Below are positions 60,948 through 64,000 of a stretch of 64,000 bases of DNA, in pieces. Both the position numbers and the translations under genes were made by a program. Location: assembly GCA_966250375.1 (NCBI GenBank), contig CBINHE010000002.1:7961-71960 (forward strand), written 5' to 3'. The stretch comes from an uncultured Oxalobacteraceae bacterium. GTDB taxonomy: Bacteria > Pseudomonadota > Gammaproteobacteria > Burkholderiales > Burkholderiaceae_D. A model generated the notes under the pieces. The model saw nothing but the letters and a program-made list of their open reading frames with translations, did not search any database and was not told the origin of the DNA. The stretch's first letter is position 1, and every line of letters starts with the position of its first letter.

Positions 60948-61535
60948 ATGTCACAAGCTACGGACGCTAACACAGCACCAACCATACCCGCCCGCCCGAA
61001 CGAGTTCAATCTGGTGTGGGTCGACATGGAAATGACCGGTCTGGACCCGGACAACGACCGCATTATCGAGGTCGCGGTCGTGGTCACCGATGCCAATCTG
61101 AATACGCTTGCCGAAGGCCCAGTGTTCGCAATTCACCAGTCGGATGCGATGCTGGATGGCATGGATGCGTGGAATAAGGGCACGCATGGTCGATCCGGCT
61201 TGATCGAACGTGTGAAAGCCTCGACGGTTACCGAAGCCGATGCCGAAAAGACGCTGATCGATTTTCTGAAACATTTCGTGCCGGCCGGCAAATCGCCGAT
61301 GTGCGGCAATACAATTTGCCAAGACCGCCGTTTCATGGCGCGCGGCATGCCGAAGCTGGAAGCGTTTTTCCACTATCGCAATCTCGACGTATCCACGCTG
61401 AAAGAGTTATGCAAGCGCTGGAAGCCGGAATTGGCCAGCGGCTTCAAAAAACATCAAAAGCACACGGCGCTGGCGGATATTATCGAATCGATCGACGAGC
61501 TGAAGTATTACCGCGAGCATTTCATCAAGCTTTGA
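60948..61535 (+). CDS. orn: Oligoribonuclease
   Basis: [17 protein letters not shown] motif, [24 protein letters not shown]. Confidence 0.95.
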   Translation: MSQATDANTAPTIPARPNEFNLVWVDMEMTGLDPDNDRIIEVAVVVTDANLNTLAEGPVFAIHQSDAMLDGMDAWNKGTHGRSGLIERVKASTVTEADAEKTLIDFLKHFVPAGKSPMCGNTICQDRRFMARGMPKLEAFFHYRNLDVSTLKELCKRWKPELASGFKKHQKHTALADIIESIDELKYYREHFIKL

Positions 61536-61565
61536 ATTTGTCGATCCGGCCCGAATTGCGTTCCT

Positions 61566-61631
61566 GTAGGAGTGGGTCTTGCCCGCGATAAGCACCACTT
61601 GTAACGCAATCACGGGCAAGGCCCACTCTAC
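61566..61631. repeat. REP-like imperfect palindrome between convergent genes
   Basis: GTAGGAGTGGGTCTTGCCCGCGAT - 19 nt - ATCACGGGCAAGGCCCACTCTAC. Confidence 0.6.
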
Positions 61632-61642
61632 AAATTCATTCT

Positions 61643-62356
61643 CTACGTATTATCGGCGCCGCAGCATTTTTTGAATTTCTTGCCGCTGCCACAAGGGCAA
61701 TCATCATTGCGTCCGACTTTGGGCGTGTCGCGTTGCACCTGCACCACCGCCGATTTGCGGTGCGGCAACCAGAATTTATAAACTTCCGGAATCGCCGCCT
61801 CCATTTCGACCGCGAGCTTGTGGCGCTTGACCGGATCGTCGACCAGGTGCATCTCGCTTTCTTCGACTTCTTCCGCGCCGAGCAGATAGATCGGCCGCAT
61901 GATTGGCGCCAGATTGGATGACCAGATCGGCGCCCATGCGTTTGCGCGCAGATTGATGCCTTCCCAGAAACCCCAGGCCCAGGCTTCGCCATCCAGCAAT
62001 GGACGGCCTTCCCATTCGTGTTCGCAAAACAGCGGTTCGTATTCTTTTGGCGCGACTTCAAACGTGATCGCGATTTCATTCATGAAGCGTGCAATCAGGC
62101 CGACGATGCGCTCGTATTCCTTGTCGTTCTTGAATTTCGGCGCCTGTTCGGCGTCAGCGCCCCATACGCGCGGCAGCCATTCGGTCAGTACTACTTCCTG
62201 CGGGCCGATCGCAAGCGCGGTCAGATAGCCGTGCAAGGCGTCCATGGTCATGCCGTCTTCGGCGCAGCGGTCGGAGAGCAGGAACTGGTCGAGTTCCTTG
62301 AATTCTTTGTCGGAGAGGGGGTGGTCGAGTTGCATCGGGATTTGCGCAAAAAGCAT
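61643..62356 (-). CDS. YgfB/UPF0149-family protein with C-terminal SEC-C metal-binding motif
   Basis: C-terminus [20 protein letters not shown]-terminal [12 protein letters not shown] pattern typical of UPF0149. Confidence 0.8.
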   Translation of the reverse strand: MLFAQIPMQLDHPLSDKEFKELDQFLLSDRCAEDGMTMDALHGYLTALAIGPQEVVLTEWLPRVWGADAEQAPKFKNDKEYERIVGLIARFMNEIAITFEVAPKEYEPLFCEHEWEGRPLLDGEAWAWGFWEGINLRANAWAPIWSSNLAPIMRPIYLLGAEEVEESEMHLVDDPVKRHKLAVEMEAAIPEVYKFWLPHRKSAVVQVQRDTPKVGRNDDCPCGSGKKFKKCCGADNT

Positions 62357-62403
62357 TCAATGATCGGACCGATAGTTTAACGCGTTACATTTGCAGGATG
62401 TGC

Positions 62404-62634
62404 TTATCGTTTTCCGGGAGTATCCAATTCCTCGCCGACGACGGTGATGTGCAATTTCGATTTCACCGCTTTGCGGTTGATTTCGCCGGGGGAAAAACGT
62501 GCGCCTTTAAAACGTGCTGCAACACGATCGGCGAACTCACGGGCGTTTTCTGTCTCTATCGACGAAATCACGTCCGCTACCGTGCCATCTGCGTTAATGA
62601 AAACGGTCCGCGTGATGTTTCCTGTAACCGCCAC
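62404..62634 (-). CDS. Orphan TonB C-terminal-domain-like ORF (possible gene remnant)
   Basis: 76 aa from GTG. G.I.R.VFI.ADG.V.DV........REFADRV....K.ARF.PG pattern resembles the TonB_C fold. An in-frame stop lies 34 nt upstream of the GTG, and there is no TM or Pro-rich part. Confidence 0.35.
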   Translation of the reverse strand: MAVTGNITRTVFINADGTVADVISSIETENAREFADRVAARFKGARFSPGEINRKAVKSKLHITVVGEELDTPGKR

Positions 62635-62702
62635 TTCGTCAATTGAAGGTATGTTTAGATCGATTTGTCAGATATTCATGTTTGGCTCGTACAATGGCGG
62701 GT

Positions 62703-63695
62703 ATGGACACATACACGCCGCCTTCCTTTTCCACGCTGACTCCCGATATTGTGCTTGACGCGCTTGACAGCGCCGGCTTGCATGGCGACGGCCGCCTGCT
62801 GGCGTTAAACAGCTATGAAAACCGCGTTTATCAAATCGGCATGGAGGAGGGGCCGCCGTTGGTGGCGAAGTTCTACCGCCCGGCGCGCTGGAGCGATGCC
62901 GCGATTCTTGAAGAACATGCCTTTGTAGCCGAACTGGTCGCGCACGAGATTCCGGTAGTGCCAGCGCTGGAGCTGGATGGCGGCAAGACGCTGCACCAAT
63001 TCAAGGGTTTTCATTTTTCCGTGTTTTCAAGGCACGGCGGTCGTGCACCTGAATTGGAAGACCCTGCAACACTGGAATGGATGGGGCGCTTTCTTGGGCG
63101 GATCCATGCGATTGGTGTACTGAAAACATTCAGCGAGCGTCCCACGTTCGATAGCGTAAATTTTGGCGAAGAGCCGCGCGATTATCTGTTGGCAAATGAT
63201 TTCATTCCAGCCGATCTTGACGATGCCTATCGCAGCGTGGTGACACAGGCGCTGGATGGCGTGCGCCATTGTTTCGAGCGCGCCGGATCGGTGCAACAGC
63301 TACGTTTGCACGGCGACTGCCATTGCGGCAATGTGCTGTGGACCGATGCCGGTCCCCACTTTGTCGATTTCGACGATAGCCGCATGGGTCCTGCGGTGCA
63401 GGATTTATGGATGCTGCTGTCGGGCGAGCGGGCCGACATGGTGCGTCAGTTGTCCGATTTACTGGCAGGGTATGAGGATTTTTTCGATTTCAATCCGCGC
63501 GAGTTGTATCTGATTGAAGCGCTGCGCACCTTGCGCCTGATTCATTATTCGGCGTGGCTGGCGCGGCGTTGGGACGATCCGGCATTTCCGGTCGCCTTCC
63601 CGTGGTTTAACACCCAGCGTTACTGGCAGGACCGCATTCTGGAATTGCGCGAACAGGTCGCGTTGATGGATGAGCCGCCGCTGTGGCCGGCGTGA
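62703..63695 (+). CDS. srkA: Stress-response Ser/Thr kinase SrkA (YihE/RdoA family)
   Basis: NSYENRVY, VAKFYRP.RWS, HGDCH.GN.LW, FVDFDD motifs. Confidence 0.85.
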   Translation: MDTYTPPSFSTLTPDIVLDALDSAGLHGDGRLLALNSYENRVYQIGMEEGPPLVAKFYRPARWSDAAILEEHAFVAELVAHEIPVVPALELDGGKTLHQFKGFHFSVFSRHGGRAPELEDPATLEWMGRFLGRIHAIGVLKTFSERPTFDSVNFGEEPRDYLLANDFIPADLDDAYRSVVTQALDGVRHCFERAGSVQQLRLHGDCHCGNVLWTDAGPHFVDFDDSRMGPAVQDLWMLLSGERADMVRQLSDLLAGYEDFFDFNPRELYLIEALRTLRLIHYSAWLARRWDDPAFPVAFPWFNTQRYWQDRILELREQVALMDEPPLWPA

Positions 63696-63705
63696 GCTGC
63701 GTCTT

Positions 63706-64000
63706 TCAAGAAGACGCGCGTGTGTATTCAATCGGGCTCCGATCAATCCGCTTGGTCAAAATGATCGAGGTCGCGGTTTGGCGCACACCTTCAATGGCGC
63801 CGATCTGGTCCAGCAGGCGATCAAGGTCACCGGTCGAGTGACAGCGCAAGGTCAACATATAGTCGATGGTGCCGCTGACCGCGCACAGGGTTTCGACTTC
63901 CGGCATCGTTTGCAGCACTTTGACAAAGCCGGCAGAGCTGCGAGGATCGATCGAAATACCGACGTAGGCGCGCACCGCAGGCTGATACAACTCCTGATTC
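63706..64000 (-). CDS. Lrp/AsnC-family transcriptional regulator (C-terminal part; N-terminus outside window)
   Basis: RAM/AsnC_trans_reg domain pattern (V.I........F...L...PEV.....V.G..DY.L...). Confidence 0.85.
   Translation of the reverse strand, partial: NQELYQPAVRAYVGISIDPRSSAGFVKVLQTMPEVETLCAVSGTIDYMLTLRCHSTGDLDRLLDQIGAIEGVRQTATSIILTKRIDRSPIEYTRASS

Overview
Mostly core chromosome with moderate G+C. Gene order (exbBD-lpxK-ycaR-kdsB-adk, rpmBG-radC, fkpB-ispH, murJ, rsgA, orn) and protein sequences look betaproteobacterial, Burkholderiales/Oxalobacteraceae-like; this is an inference, no search was run. I see no rRNA genes, CRISPR arrays, transposases, integrases or phage genes. Main blocks: (i) 1-2.5 kb, a receiver-only response regulator followed by a REC-GGDEF-EAL regulator; (ii) 2.5-26 kb, housekeeping genes (sodB, xseA, exbBD, lpxK, kdsB, adk, H+-PPase, ggt, purN, desaturase, rpmBG, ispH), plus a secreted RNase/barstar pair and a tandem-repeat secreted protein; (iii) 26.9-32.2 kb, livHMGF and a FAH/GST-zeta pair; (iv) 32.3-52.0 kb, one 17-gene, same-strand, mostly overlapping cobalt-uptake and corrin-biosynthesis operon behind a cobalamin riboswitch. 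This operon mixes late-insertion (CobN-ChlID) and early-insertion (CbiX, CbiD, CbiG) cobalt markers, contains fusion proteins and His-rich tracts, and looks G+C-richer than its flanks. It ends about 1 kb from the 3' end of tRNA-Arg(CCU); (v) 53-64 kb, housekeeping genes (uup, murJ, rsgA, phhB, M48 protease, orn, srkA, lrp). The signal least explained by ordinary annotation is a family of five hairpin-forming, TA-bounded, non-coding repeats (124-326 bp, one nested in another). They share a core module whose stems covary between copies. Two of them supply the stop codon of the adjacent gene, and one sits inside the riboswitch-controlled operon. They resemble Neisseria Correia-type MITEs, but that comparison is from memory and needs a genome-wide search.
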